From Zygnema circumcarinatum SAG 698-1b (Eukaryota; Plantae; Zygnematophyceae): a stretch of DNA of 64,000 nt. The position numbers and the translations under genes are program-made. Positions 1-10,907 of this stretch are shown piece by piece (the first letter of the stretch is position 1; the number at the start of each line of letters is the position of its first letter). Location of the stretch: contig CM074804.1 in the NCBI GenBank assembly GCA_037447605.1, forward strand, positions 2,976,001-3,040,000. The letters are read 5' to 3'. The notes under the pieces were generated by a model that searched no databases, was not told the DNA's origin, and was given only the letters and a program-made list of their open reading frames with translations.

Positions 1-1213
1 GTAATGACTTCCAGCGTGGTAGCTTTAGGACAACAGGGTCAGGTTACGGGCCGCCCTTATAACGAGTCGGACTGGAATGTGAAAGCAACAATTGAAGATG
101 CCTACCAACTGGGAAAAACTCTTTCAGAGAAGCTTGCATGGAAGATGTATGAGGAGCAATCAGATCCTGAATGGCGGTTTGAGCTCGTGACCATTCTCCC
201 AAGTCTTGTACTTGGTCCCATCCATGACAAGCAGCACATAAGATCAAGCCCTACGGTAAGCAGCCTACTCCCGTTCGTTCATTTCAAGAGAAAGTCACGT
301 AAATATCAACTTACAAAATTAATAGACGAAAAAGGGAAAATCAGTAAAGAAGACGTCCATTTGGACCTTAAAAGCATGTGTACAGCAATCGAGTTAATCT
401 GTCTCTAGTTCGTGGTCGTTTCCCGGAGCTGGGTGATGCGATGTAACGATAAGTCGGTGGCTCCTGTAGCGTGTATACTTGTATGCCGTACTACAATCAT
501 TCAACTTCATGCTCCAGCTTGTTGTCTTAGACACACCACACTGGGTCCCTCTACTCTATTTGTGACGTTGCCATATTGAGAATTTGCCATTTTGAATACG
601 TCATAGAATGGGAAGGCTAATTGGCTTCTTTCTGTTTGCTCCTTTCTCCGTTTCTATGCCACAGGTCATTAAACAACTGCTAGATGGCACAATGTACCTC
701 GCTCCCAACGCTTATTTCAACTGTGTTGATGTGCGGGAGGTGGCGGCAAGCCACATTGCAGCTCTTGAGAACACTGAGGCCAAGGGTCGCTACATAGTCA
801 GCGCACCAGGAGCGTACCATGTCATGGAGATTGGAGGTGTGGGGGAAAAGGAGCCATTCCAGACCCTAAATGAGCGGGGTCTCCTAAGGTTGAGTTACTT
901 GGCTTGCGTGTTATCCAATTGACATCGTTGTTTGTTCTCTTGATATGGTTCTTGTGCAGGCTTTTTGAAGGAGGAATATGGCAAGGCAAAGCTTCCTGTT
1001 GCCAAAGCTCCCAATTTTATGATGTATACGATAGCAGCGCTTGGGCATCCTCAGCTTACAATTCGGAATCTGAAGCGCCACTTCCTTCAACCACCAAAGG
1101 AGATCGACGGTTCAAAGGTCGAGAGGGAGCTCGGCATTCACTACAGAGATTTGAAGCAGTCGGCGAACGACACTGCAAAGTCCATTGTGGAATTTGGAAT
1201 CGTCAAACTTTAG
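1..1213 (+). CDS. CCR/DFR-like NAD(P)-dependent reductase (extended SDR), tandem copy 1, 5' part outside the window
   Basis: Exons <1-255, 665-836, 960-1213 with GT-AG sites in consistent phase. Encodes VMTSSV, NESDWN, YxxxK (AYQLGK), CVDVREVA..HI.ALE and GRYI. Paralogous to copies 2 and 3. Confidence 0.9.
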
Positions 1214-1510
1214 GGGTTCACAAAGCAAATCAATGGCTTGACTGCAGAAGAACCCTGAGTCTGGTCCTGCAGGAGTAGTTATGCTTGAGGGGCAAGAGAA
1301 GGTCTTCATGAGGAAAGACCCTTCTTCTTGAGTAATGGTGTCTTTTGCATTTACAGAAATTTGTGGCCTTAAAGGCGTCCTACTTTGATAAAGCTCATGC
1401 ATTATAGAAGTGGTCTTTGATCAGACGAAATTATGTGGATTAGCATCATAAGTTCGGGAACCGTGAAGTACCTTACGACACATAATTATCTCACTAATTA
1501 CTCCTTGACC

Positions 1511-1628
1511 TATTTTTTACTCTCCACTATGGGGCTCTATACACACGGTAGTTGTCCCTATACCGCCGCTATTTTTTACTCCCCACTATGGGGCTCTGTA
1601 GACACGGTAGTTGTCCCTATATCGCCGT
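1511..1628. repeat. Two-copy 59-bp tandem duplication
   Basis: TATTTTTTACTCTCCACTATGGGGCTCTATACACACGGTAGTTGTCCCTATACCGCCGC at 1511-1569, followed by a near-identical unit at 1570-1628. Confidence 0.9.
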
Positions 1629-2219
1629 TATGTCAATAATGATCAAACACTTTTTAAGTTAAGATTGCCATTTCTTCGTTGCGACTCGATATCTTGTCAA
1701 ATACTATTTGTGGTCCTTTCAAACACTCATCCTCTACCTTCATTTTCATTTCGGCTCCATCGCCTCCCGCTCAAGTGGAGATAGAGGAGTCCCCTTGCCG
1801 GACCACAAGCCTCACTCTCCAAGCCAATGAACTACACACGTTGCCTTGACATGCCCCATGTCCCCAATGGCAAGCTTGAGTTAGGATCAGAGCACATGTG
1901 TCGTATCCTCGCACTGTCCCAAAGGCATGAACCCTAGTTTGAACCTCGGTCATGAGATTCCTCTTCAGCAACCGACAAGGTCAGCGAGAATGCGCATTCT
2001 CACCTTCACAAAACAAAGGGCGACATATCGCCGACCTTCGCGGCTGCTTTTGGTGCCGTGTTGATGACTCTAGATTCCCGCCTATAGGCTTAGGTCCTCT
2101 GTGACCGATTCCTCATGGTTCCCCGTGTTGCCTTCGTCCATGCACACTTCATAGCCTCGCCCCCAAAATGAGATCCATGCCATTTCCGTACTCCTTTTTA
2201 GCTCGGGGAGTTGCTTCAA

Positions 2220-2444
2220 TAGGGCGGGTCAGACTTAACACATGGCCAAACCAATTTAGTAAGCTTGTCCGGCGAATTAAGTATTGGCTAGGTACGCATT
2301 TCGTTACGGCTGGGTTCGACGGAGCCGCAGATCCCGATTCGGAATTCGTAAGACACAAAACACAAAACTTTAACTTTTAGTATACAGTACTAAATTCACG
2401 AATTTAGTACGCTACGGACTAAGTCTGACCCCCCCCCCCCCCTA
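2220..2444. mobile_element. MITE-like element, family A (TIR core GGG-N3-GTCAGACTT)
   Basis: Termini TAGGGCGGGTCAGACTTA ... TAAGTCTGAC(C)nTA. Interior clearly homologous to 44662-44865. Internal perfect 11-bp hairpin at 2387-2410. TSD ambiguous (TA or AAT). Confidence 0.75.
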
Positions 2445-2710
2445 ATACCATCGACCCGTAGACCCAGGACCGTCCGTACAATGATACCATCAGGAAAGAC
2501 ACGTCAGTACCTTAACAGGAACAGTAACTGGAACGGTAGCTGCGATGTGTCAAGGCATATAACATTACGTCATGTCATGTCACGCCACGCGTCACTCGGG
2601 GAGTCGCGGGCGCGCCAAGGCCGCGACGCGGCTCCGCGCGGGCGTGGGGGCGGGGCCGCCTCTATGAGGGCGCGGGGCCGCCGGCGTGGCAGGAGGGAGG
2701 GAGGGCAGCC

Positions 2711-3076
2711 ATGGCGGGTGGCAGCACCAGGCGCCCGGTCGTCTGCGTAACCGGCGCATCGGGTGACGCCGCTGGGAAAATTGCTGCAGATGCTGCTATT
2801 GCTTCAATACATGCATGCTTCGTTCTCGCTTCAATCGATGCGTGTTTAAAATGGCTGAGAGTTGACGGAGCTGCATGTTTGACTGTGCAGGATACGTTGG
2901 ATCGTGGGTGGTAAAGCAGCTCCTTGAGAGGGGCTACACTGTTCGGGGCACTGTGCGGGATGCGGATAATGTAGAAAGGACAGCATGGATCAGAAAGCTT
3001 GTGGGTCATGTTTCTTACATTCACAATATTGGAGCTGTTTCATTTCGACACATATGAGCTATGGTGTTGCACATAA

Positions 3077-3125
<49 letters not shown>

Positions 3126-6002
3126 TTTTTTTAAAGCATGCATAATTCCTTCACATATGCGCCTCTATGTGTTGTGCCATGCAGGCGGAGGGTACGCCTG
3201 GTACTTTAGAGCTTGTTTCTGCAAATTTGATGGAAAAAGGGAGCTTTGACAAACCGGTAGCAGGCTGCGACTATGTCTGCCACGTGGCAACGGCTGTGCA
3301 ATTGAAAGTCAAAGATTCACAAAAGGAGCTAGTGGACCCGGCGGTGGAGGGCACAAGAAATGTGTTTTCGTCAATCTTGAAAGCAAAAGGTGTCAAGTAA
3401 GTCTTGCTCTGCGCTTGCATAAAAGACTAAAAGAATAAATCAGATACTGAAGATTGAACCCGTGAAGTCACGTAGCACTTTTCTGCTGCTCAATTCCTCA
3501 TGAAAGCTGTGCTGGGAATCATGATCAATCATGATTATGACACGATATTAGTAGCAGTGATGAATCCCTGATTGGAGAATCTTAACGGTAGATACTAATC
3601 CTATACCTTCTCTTGACATCGCAGGCGGGTGGTCATGACTTCCAGCGTGACAGCATTAGGTCAAGAGGATCAGGTTAAGGGCCGCCCTTATAACGAGTCG
3701 GACTGGAATGTGAAAGCGACCATTGCAGATGCCTACCCATTGGGAAAGACTCTTGCAGAGAAGCTTGCATGGAAGACGTATGAAGATCAATCAGATCCTG
3801 AACACCGGTTTGAGCTAGTGACCATCGTCCCAAGTTTTATATTCGGTCCCATCCAAGACAAGCAGCACGCCAGGTCAAGCCCTTCAGTAAGCAGCTCTCT
3901 CCCGTGTTGCTTTCTTTAACCGGCCAGGAAGTGACGGGAATGTTCCTAGAAAAGAAGCGAATGAGAATATCGATACGGAAGTCTTCAGTTTGGATCTGGA
4001 AGCATGTCATCGAGCTGTCTAAGCTGTCTCCGTTTTGTGGACATGCTCCAGTTATATGCCGGCTGTTGTCCAACCGCTACATACATGAAACTAGCGATGA
4101 GTCCAGTTACTCCATCCAACTTCGCTATTTTGACGATTCAAGAACTGAGCTGATTCCTTTATGTTTGCTCCTTCCTCCGTTTCTATGCCACAGGTCATTG
4201 AACAACTGCTGGATGGCACAATGTACCTCGCTCCTAATATTTACTTAAATTGTGTTGATGTGCGGGAGGTGGCGGCAAGCCACATTGCAGCTCTTGAGAA
4301 CACTGAGGCCAAGGGTCGCTACATAGTCAGCTCTCCAGGAGCGTACCATGTCATGGAGATTGGAGGTGTGGGGGAAAAGGAGCCAATTCAGACCCTACAT
4401 GAGGCAGAGAAAAAAGGGGGAAGGACGAGAGTGGGCAAGGGCGACAGGGGGAGGGGAACGGGGAACGAGGGGGGCGAGGGGGAGGAGAGGGGGGGAAGGG
4501 TGGAAGGGGGGGAGGGGAGGGAGAACGAGGGGGAGAGAGCGAAGGAAAGGTGGAAGAGGGAGAGGGGGGAGGGTGGGGCTGGGGGGGCAGTGGGAGAAGG
4601 GGAAAGGAGGAAGGGAGGGGCAGGGGAAGATTGCTAGGGTGAGGTGGGGGTAAGGAAGAGTGGAGAGGAGGGAGGGAGGACGTTGGAGGGAGGGGAAGTG
4701 GCCGAGGAAAGGGTAAGGTTAGAGAGGGATTGGAGGGGGAGGAAGGGAGGGCGCTGGAGGGGAGGGGAGAGGGACGGGGGGAAGCGACGAGAGAGTGTGA
4801 CGGGGAAAGGGGGGAACGTGGAGAGGGTGAGTGGGAGAGGGGAAGGGCTGAGCGTTGGGAGAGGAAGGGAGTGGGGAAAGGCAAGGGGGAACGGGGGAAG
4901 AGGAAGGGAGTGGGGGAAGGAGATAGGGGGGAAGTGGGAAGGAGGAGATTGAGGGAGGTGGAGTGGGAGGAGGAGAGTGGAGAAGGGAAAATCCAGTTTG
5001 CACTATTTTTTGAGGCAGTGGGCGAAGGGGGCTGGGAAGGGGGGAACGGGGGAAAGGGGGAAAGGGGGTTTGGGGGAGGGGGGGAGGAGGAGGGGAATTA
5101 GAGGAGGGTATGGGGAGAGGGGAGGAGTGGGGGGGAAGGGGGGGAAGGGAAGTGGGGAAGTGGAGAAGAGGGAAGGGGAAGGGAGGAGGGGAGGGGTAGG
5201 ATGTGTGGAGGGGAAGGGAAGAAGGGGAGAGAAAGGAGGGGAAGGAGAGGGGAATGGGGAGGAAAAAGGGGGAAATGTGGGAAGGGGGAGAGCGGGGGGG
5301 AAGGGGGAGGGGGGAGGTGAGGATTGGGAGGGATAGGTGGAAGGGGAGGGAAAGAGGCGGGCGGGGGGGTGGGGGGGGGTGAGGGCGAGCGGGTGTTGGG
5401 GGGGGGGGAATGGGGAGCGGGAGAGAGCGAGGGAGAGGTGGAGGAGGGGGGGATCGGCGGCATATGGGAAGGAGGGAAGGAGTCAGGAAGGGAAATGGGG
5501 TGCGTGATTGGGGAGAGGAGGGGCAGGGGGAGAAGGGGGAGGGTGGGCGATGGAGGGGGGGGGGGGGTGGGAACTGGCGATAGGGAGAGGGAGGGGGAGA
5601 TGGGAGGGGGAGGGCAAGCGGAAGTGGGATGGGAATTGAGATAAAGAGGGAGAGAGTGCGGTAGGGAGGGAGGGAGGGAGGGAGTTATCTTCTGCCTATA
5701 AGCAATTTACGAGGTCTTTTGTTCTCTTGACTTGATCTTTTGTCGCAGACTTTTTGAAGGATGACTACGGCAAGGCAAAGCTTCCTGTTGCCAAGGCTCC
5801 CAACTTTCTGCTGTATTTGATAGCAATGCTTGGGCATCCTCAGCTGACGATTGGGAATTTGAACCGCCACTTTCTTCAGCCGCCAAAGGAGATCGACGGT
5901 TCAAGGGTCGAGAGGGAGCTCGGCATTCACTACAGAGATTTGAAGCAATCGGCGAACGACACTGCAAAGTCCATTATGGAATTTGGAATCGTCAAACTTT
6001 AG
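2711..6002 (+). CDS. CCR/DFR-like NAD(P)-dependent reductase, tandem copy 2 (~353 aa)
   Basis: Exons 2711-2762, 2891-3000, 3185-3396, 3625-3886, 4194-4365, 5749-6002 splice in frame. Rossmann motif [31 protein letters not shown], TSS, YxxxK (AYPLGK). Confidence 0.92.
4401..5684. repeat. ~1.3-kb G/A-rich low-complexity polypurine tract inside the last intron of reductase copy 2
   Basis: Almost entirely GG/GA runs on the + strand, ending in (GGAG)n. The paralogous introns in copies 1 and 3 are 123 and 145 nt. Confidence 0.95.
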
Positions 6003-6506
6003 GATTTCGAGAAGGAATGACTTGGCTGCAGTGGAACCCTGAGTCTGATCCTATAAGAGAGATTATGCTTCAATCGATGGATAATGGAGGTGGGGTTCTT
6101 GATGAAGGAGTCAAACCCTTCTTCTGGGTGAGGGTTTCCTGTACAGTACAGAAAGTTGTAGCCTTAAAAGGTCGTCCTACTCTGATAAAGTTCATTCCAC
6201 ATGTAAATAGTTCTTAGAGCAGAAAAAATGATTGGGATTAGCATCATAAGTCTGGAAACCCTAAAGTATCTTATGGCCCACTCTTCCCTTTATTGCTCAC
6301 CGATTACTCGTTATCCAACTATTTGGTTCCCCTACTATGTGGACCCAACGTCCCGCCAAATACTCTTGTGATACTTGCAATTCTGATTACTGAATATCAT
6401 GAGTGAAGACACCGCACTGGTGGCAGTACCTCCCTTTCTTTCCATGTTCCCACTCTCCTCCATTCCCTTTTGCATTTTTTTTTCCTCCATCTTCTCTCAC
6501 TTAAAG

Positions 6507-6715
6507 CAGGGGCAGATCCAAGATTTTAGTTTCAGGGGGCTGAGATCCAAGATTTTAGTTTACAAGTGAGTTTGGAAAAAAAAAAAAAAAATCTGAAACT
6601 CGAGTGTATTTCTGCAATTCAACGTTCAAATTCTAACAGTTTTTCAAAATCTTGGGGAGGGGGGGGGGGGGAGGCGGGCTACGCCTCCCCAGAGAACACC
6701 GTGGGTTCGCCACTG
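6507..6715. mobile_element. hAT-type non-autonomous element (209 bp)
   Basis: Imperfect TIRs CAGGGGCAGATCC / GGGTTCGCCACTG. 8-bp TSD ACTTAAAG (6499-6506) / ACTCAAAG (6716-6723). Paralogous region near 1755-1790 is an empty site. Internal direct repeat AGATCCAAGATTTTAGTTT x2. Confidence 0.75.
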
Positions 6716-6779
6716 ACTCAAAGTGGAGAGAGAATGCATTGCCAGACGAGAAGCCTTAGTTCCCAAGCCAATGCGCTGA

Positions 6780-6831
6780 CCCCATACCCCATACCCCATA
6801 CCCCATACCCCATACCCCATACCCCATACCC
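6780..6831. repeat. Heptamer tandem repeat (ATACCCC)x7
   Basis: Direct reading. Reads (GGGGTAT)n on the minus strand. Confidence 0.95.
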
Positions 6832-7239
6832 TGTCACACACATAGCCTTCTGATGCCTGATATGACACGTGACAAGTTTTGAGTTCGCAGCATTTGTATC
6901 GCATACCCACTTGTGCGTGTACACACACAAAAGCATGAAGCTCCGTTTGAGCCCTGGCCGTCAGCTTTCCTCCAAGGCGGAGGCCTGTGCCTGCGCGGCA
7001 AGGCCTGTGCTCTCGCGTCTCATCAGAGCAAACTTGTATGGTCGAGCACCTCCAATGGCTATTCGCCACGTCTGCAGAAGTGTGCACGTGGCGTGTCCCC
7101 ATTGGGAGGACGCCCGACTACTGCCAGCAGGAGGCCCTTCCCTGTCGCTCCGCCCGATAGAGGGTCCCTCCTCGGCCTCAGTGGCCACTGGGAACCAGCG
7201 CTTGCGGAAACGAGGAGCGCTGAACCGCGGAGGGTAGCC

Positions 7240-9881
7240 ATGGCGGGCGGCAGCGCCAAGCCCGCACTCGTTTGCGTCACTGGAGCCTCTGGTGACGTCA
7301 CGTGGCGCCTTGCTCGAGCTGCTTCTGTTGCTTCAATCCATGCATGCATCGCTGTTCTCTCTCCATATCAATGCGTGGGCATATCCATATCCATGGCTGA
7401 GCGTCCGTTTAATCAATTTGAATGGCATGTGACTGTGCAGGATACGTCGGATCGTGGGTGGTTAAGCAGCTCCTGGAGAAGGGATACACTGTGCGGGGCA
7501 CTGTGCGGGATGCGGAGAATGTAGCAAAGACAGCATGGATCAGAAAGCTTGTGAGTCATGTTCCTTAGCTTTTCTCTTTTTTTCTGTTTGTTTTTTTTTT
7601 CAACATTGGAGCTTCTTTACATAAAACATGTGAGCTATGGATTTTTTTAGATATATTTGTTGACCCTGTCCAGCAAATGCCTTCACGTTGACTTTGACCA
7701 CGTTGCATTTTGGAACAATAAACAACTTGAACCGTGAATCGCCTTCGACAGTTCGTTCTTTTGTTGTAGCTGAGGGCTTTTGAAGTAACCGAGCATTAGG
7801 GCTTGTCAGACTTGCAAAAAATTAACGGCAGTTATTTCTTCATTAGTGCCAAGGATTTTTATACGGAGCACTCTTTTGCAGACGGATCTCTATGTCCTCA
7901 GAGTACTCATTTTGGTATTAGATTTGCGGATGTTTTTTCTTCAGTACTACTGACAGTTTTTAAGTCTGGCATGCCCTGTTAAACACCTACAATATATGCC
8001 GGAAAAGCATAGCATTGCAAGAACTCTGATAGCTATGAATTCCTTCTTAAGGTATTGAGAGGTGTATACAAAAATGAAGGTTTTAACTTTAGAAAAGGTG
8101 GAAAGTTCGTACTTGAAATTGCAATTTTCTGTTCCGGACATAACGCTGTGAACAAGAAATTCGTTGGAGAGGCAATCTATCACTACCAACTGAAAGGTGT
8201 CAAGTCACTTCTTGCAGAATAAGCAAGCAAACAACCATCTTCTGTATGATACAATTTGGAACAAATTAATCATTGCGTCTTTTGGTTTTGTGCAATGCAG
8301 GCGGAGGGTACACCTGGCACTTTAGAGCTTGTTTCTGCGAACCTAATGGAAGAGGGGAGCTTTGATAAAGTGGTGGAAGGCTGCGAATATGTGTGCCACG
8401 TGGCAGCAGTGGTGCAATTCAAGCCATCCAAAGATCCACAAGAGGAGGTTGTGGACCCAGCAGTGAAAGGCACAAAAAATGTGTTTTCATCAATCTTGAA
8501 AGCCAAATGTGTTAAGTAAGAGGTGCTTTGTGCTTCCATAAAAGACTCAAACCTTGAATCAGATACTCGTGATTGAGGCTGTGAAGTCGAATAGCATTTT
8601 GCAGCCGTTCAATTTCCAAAGCAGCTCTTTTGCAAAATATTGATCATGAACATGAAAAAATCATAGCAGCAGTGATGGATCCCTAATTACAGAATCCAAT
8701 TCCTAATGGTAGAGCCTAATCCTACATCTTCTATTGGCAATGCAGGCGGGTGGTAATGACTTCCAGCGTGGCAGCATTAGGGCAAGAGGATCAGGTTAAG
8801 GGCCGCCCTTATAACGAGTCAGACTGGAATGTGAAAGCGACGATTGAAGATGCCTACTTTTTGGGAAAGACTCTTTCAGAGAAGCTTGCTTGGAAGATAT
8901 ATGAGGAGCAATCAGACAGTGAACGGCGGTTTGAACTCGTGACAATCCTCCCGAGTCTTGTACTTGGTCCCGTCTATCACAAGCAGCACGTCAGATCAAG
9001 CCCTGGGGTATGCAGTCCTCTCCTGATCATTTGAAGAGGTAGTGACGTAAGTACCAACTTGGAAAAGCAAAAGGGGAGAGTGCAAATATGGATGGGAAAG
9101 CGTGAATTCGGACCAAGGACCTAAGCCCATCAAACTGTAAGGCCTTTAGTATCATAGGGCAGAAGCGTTACATATATGGAACTAGCACCTATGTTCCATC
9201 TACTCTGTTCGTGGCTTTGCCATGCTGAGAGTTTCCCAATTTTGAATACGTCATAGAGGAGGCTAACTGACTTCTTTCTGTTTGCTCCCTTGTCCGTTTT
9301 TGTGTCACAGATTATTAAGCAACTGCTGGATGGCTCGTTTTACTTCGCTCCCAACGCTTACTTCAACTGTGTTGATGTGCGTGAGGTGGCGGCAAGCCAC
9401 ATTGCAGCTCTTGAGAACACTGAGGCCAAGGGTCGCTACATAGTCAGCTCTCCAGGAGCGTATCATGTCATGAAAATTGGAGGTGAGGAGGAAAAAGAGC
9501 CAATTCAGACCCTGAATGGAGAGGGAGGGAGGGAGGGAGAGAGGTCCTTTAAAAGGTTAAGGCACTCTGCTTACATGTTCAGCAATTGACATGATTATTT
9601 TTCCCTTCACATGTTTTTTTGTCGCAGGCTTTCTGAAGGAGGAATATGGCAACGCAAAGCTTCCTGTTGCCCAAGCTCCCAATTTTTTGATATATATGAT
9701 GGCAGTGCTAGGGCATCCTCAGCTCACGTTTAGGAATGTGAGTCGCCATTTGCTCCAGCCACCAAAAGAGATCGACGGTTCAAGGGTCGAGAGGGAGCTC
9801 GGCATTCACTACAGAGATTTGAAGCAGTCGGCGAACGACACTGCAAAGTCCATTGTGGAACTTGGAATCGTCAAAATTTAG
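7240..9881 (+). CDS. CCR/DFR-like NAD(P)-dependent reductase, tandem copy 3 (~354 aa)
   Basis: Exons 7240-7291, 7441-7550, 8301-8515, 8746-9007, 9311-9482, 9628-9881. Same intron positions as copy 2. YxxxK is AYFLGK. Confidence 0.92.
7797..7978. mobile_element. MITE-like element with a family-A-like TIR, in intron 2 of reductase copy 3
   Basis: AGGGCTTGTCAGACTTG (7798-7814) and TAAGTCTGGCATGCCCT (7961-7977) are inverted repeats matching 14/17. Lies in an intron that is 750 nt here versus 184 nt in copy 2. No TSD recognised. Confidence 0.55.
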
Positions 9882-10280
9882 GGGTTCAGAGAGTAGTGAA
9901 TTGGCTGCATTAGAAGGCAGGATTAGAAGCAATTGCTAAGCAGTGGCGGCTGCCACCGAACAGAATTCTAACGAAACATAAATTCACAGTACCGAAGTCT
10001 TCCTATGTGGCTCATATGTACCGTGTTGCTTCTGCTTCTAGAGCCGTGTTGTTCTAGGCCTAGAAACAGAGTTCCGCTCATAGCTTCGTCTTTCTTCCCA
10101 AGGTCATTTGTGACCGGTGCCCGTGATTCTACATGGTGCTTTTGTCCATGCACATTTGGTGGCCTCGCCATTGTGATATCACTGTCAAAATCCTATCTTC
10201 CTCATAAGGCCTCGCAAAATATTGTTGGGGTGCTTGCAGTTCTGATGACTGATTAATAAAATAGGAAAATGCTATTTACA

Positions 10281-10399
10281 CACCTTTTTTGTCTAGATAC
10301 ACACCTTTTTTTCGCCGGTCAGATTTAATTTTAGGGCTTTTATGGTACAGTATTGGGTTTTTTTAATAAAGAAACGGTGTGTATCTAGACAAAAGGGTG
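10281..10399. repeat. Short foldback element with a perfect 19-bp inverted repeat
   Basis: TTTTGTCTAGATACACACC (10287-10305) pairs with GGTGTGTATCTAGACAAAA (10376-10394) around a 70-nt AT-rich spacer. Confidence 0.8.
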
Positions 10400-10907
10400 A
10401 TGGCCTTGCCATCGTGAGTTCAATCAAACATCATTTCCTCCCTATTTATATTTAATTATAACTATTGATCATTATTGATGGGTCAGGAGGATACAGCAGC
10501 GTAGGTGGCAGTAAGACTGAAATACCTTATCCCCCTCGTTCACAAGCCATGCCATGCCATGCCATGCCACACACGCGGCTTAGTCATCCCCTCGTCGCTC
10601 AATGACAAGCTTGTAGTACTCACATTGTTCACCAAGGCATGAAACTTTGTGTGAGATTCATGAGATTCCGGGCCTTTTGATTCTAGCGATAGCTGACATT
10701 TTTCCAATTGGGGCGCAATAACTGCAACCAAACAGTGACACGTGGCGGATTGCAACTGGTAGGTCCTCTAATACCAAGTTCGCAATATGGAGAGAAGCCC
10801 TCGGGGAAAATTTCATTGAGCTCACGAGGGCGAGGCCATCAAATAATGTACATGGACGCCCTCCGTTCATATGAGAGAGAGGGAGAGGGGAAAGGGAGGC
10901 AGGGAGA

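Noticed and set aside
1986-2001. 16-bp perfect palindrome GAGAATGCGCATTCTC, and a 10-bp stem at 19610-19641
   Set aside because: Isolated, with no second copy or context; compatible with chance.
4348-5644. Many Gly/Arg/Glu-rich (+) and Pro/Ser-rich (-) ORFs of 90-180 aa
   Set aside because: They are translations of the intronic polypurine tract, which lacks stop codons for compositional reasons.
9941-10172. Possible second hAT-like element (CAGTGGCGG...CGCCATTG)
   Set aside because: The TIR match is weak and there is no TSD.
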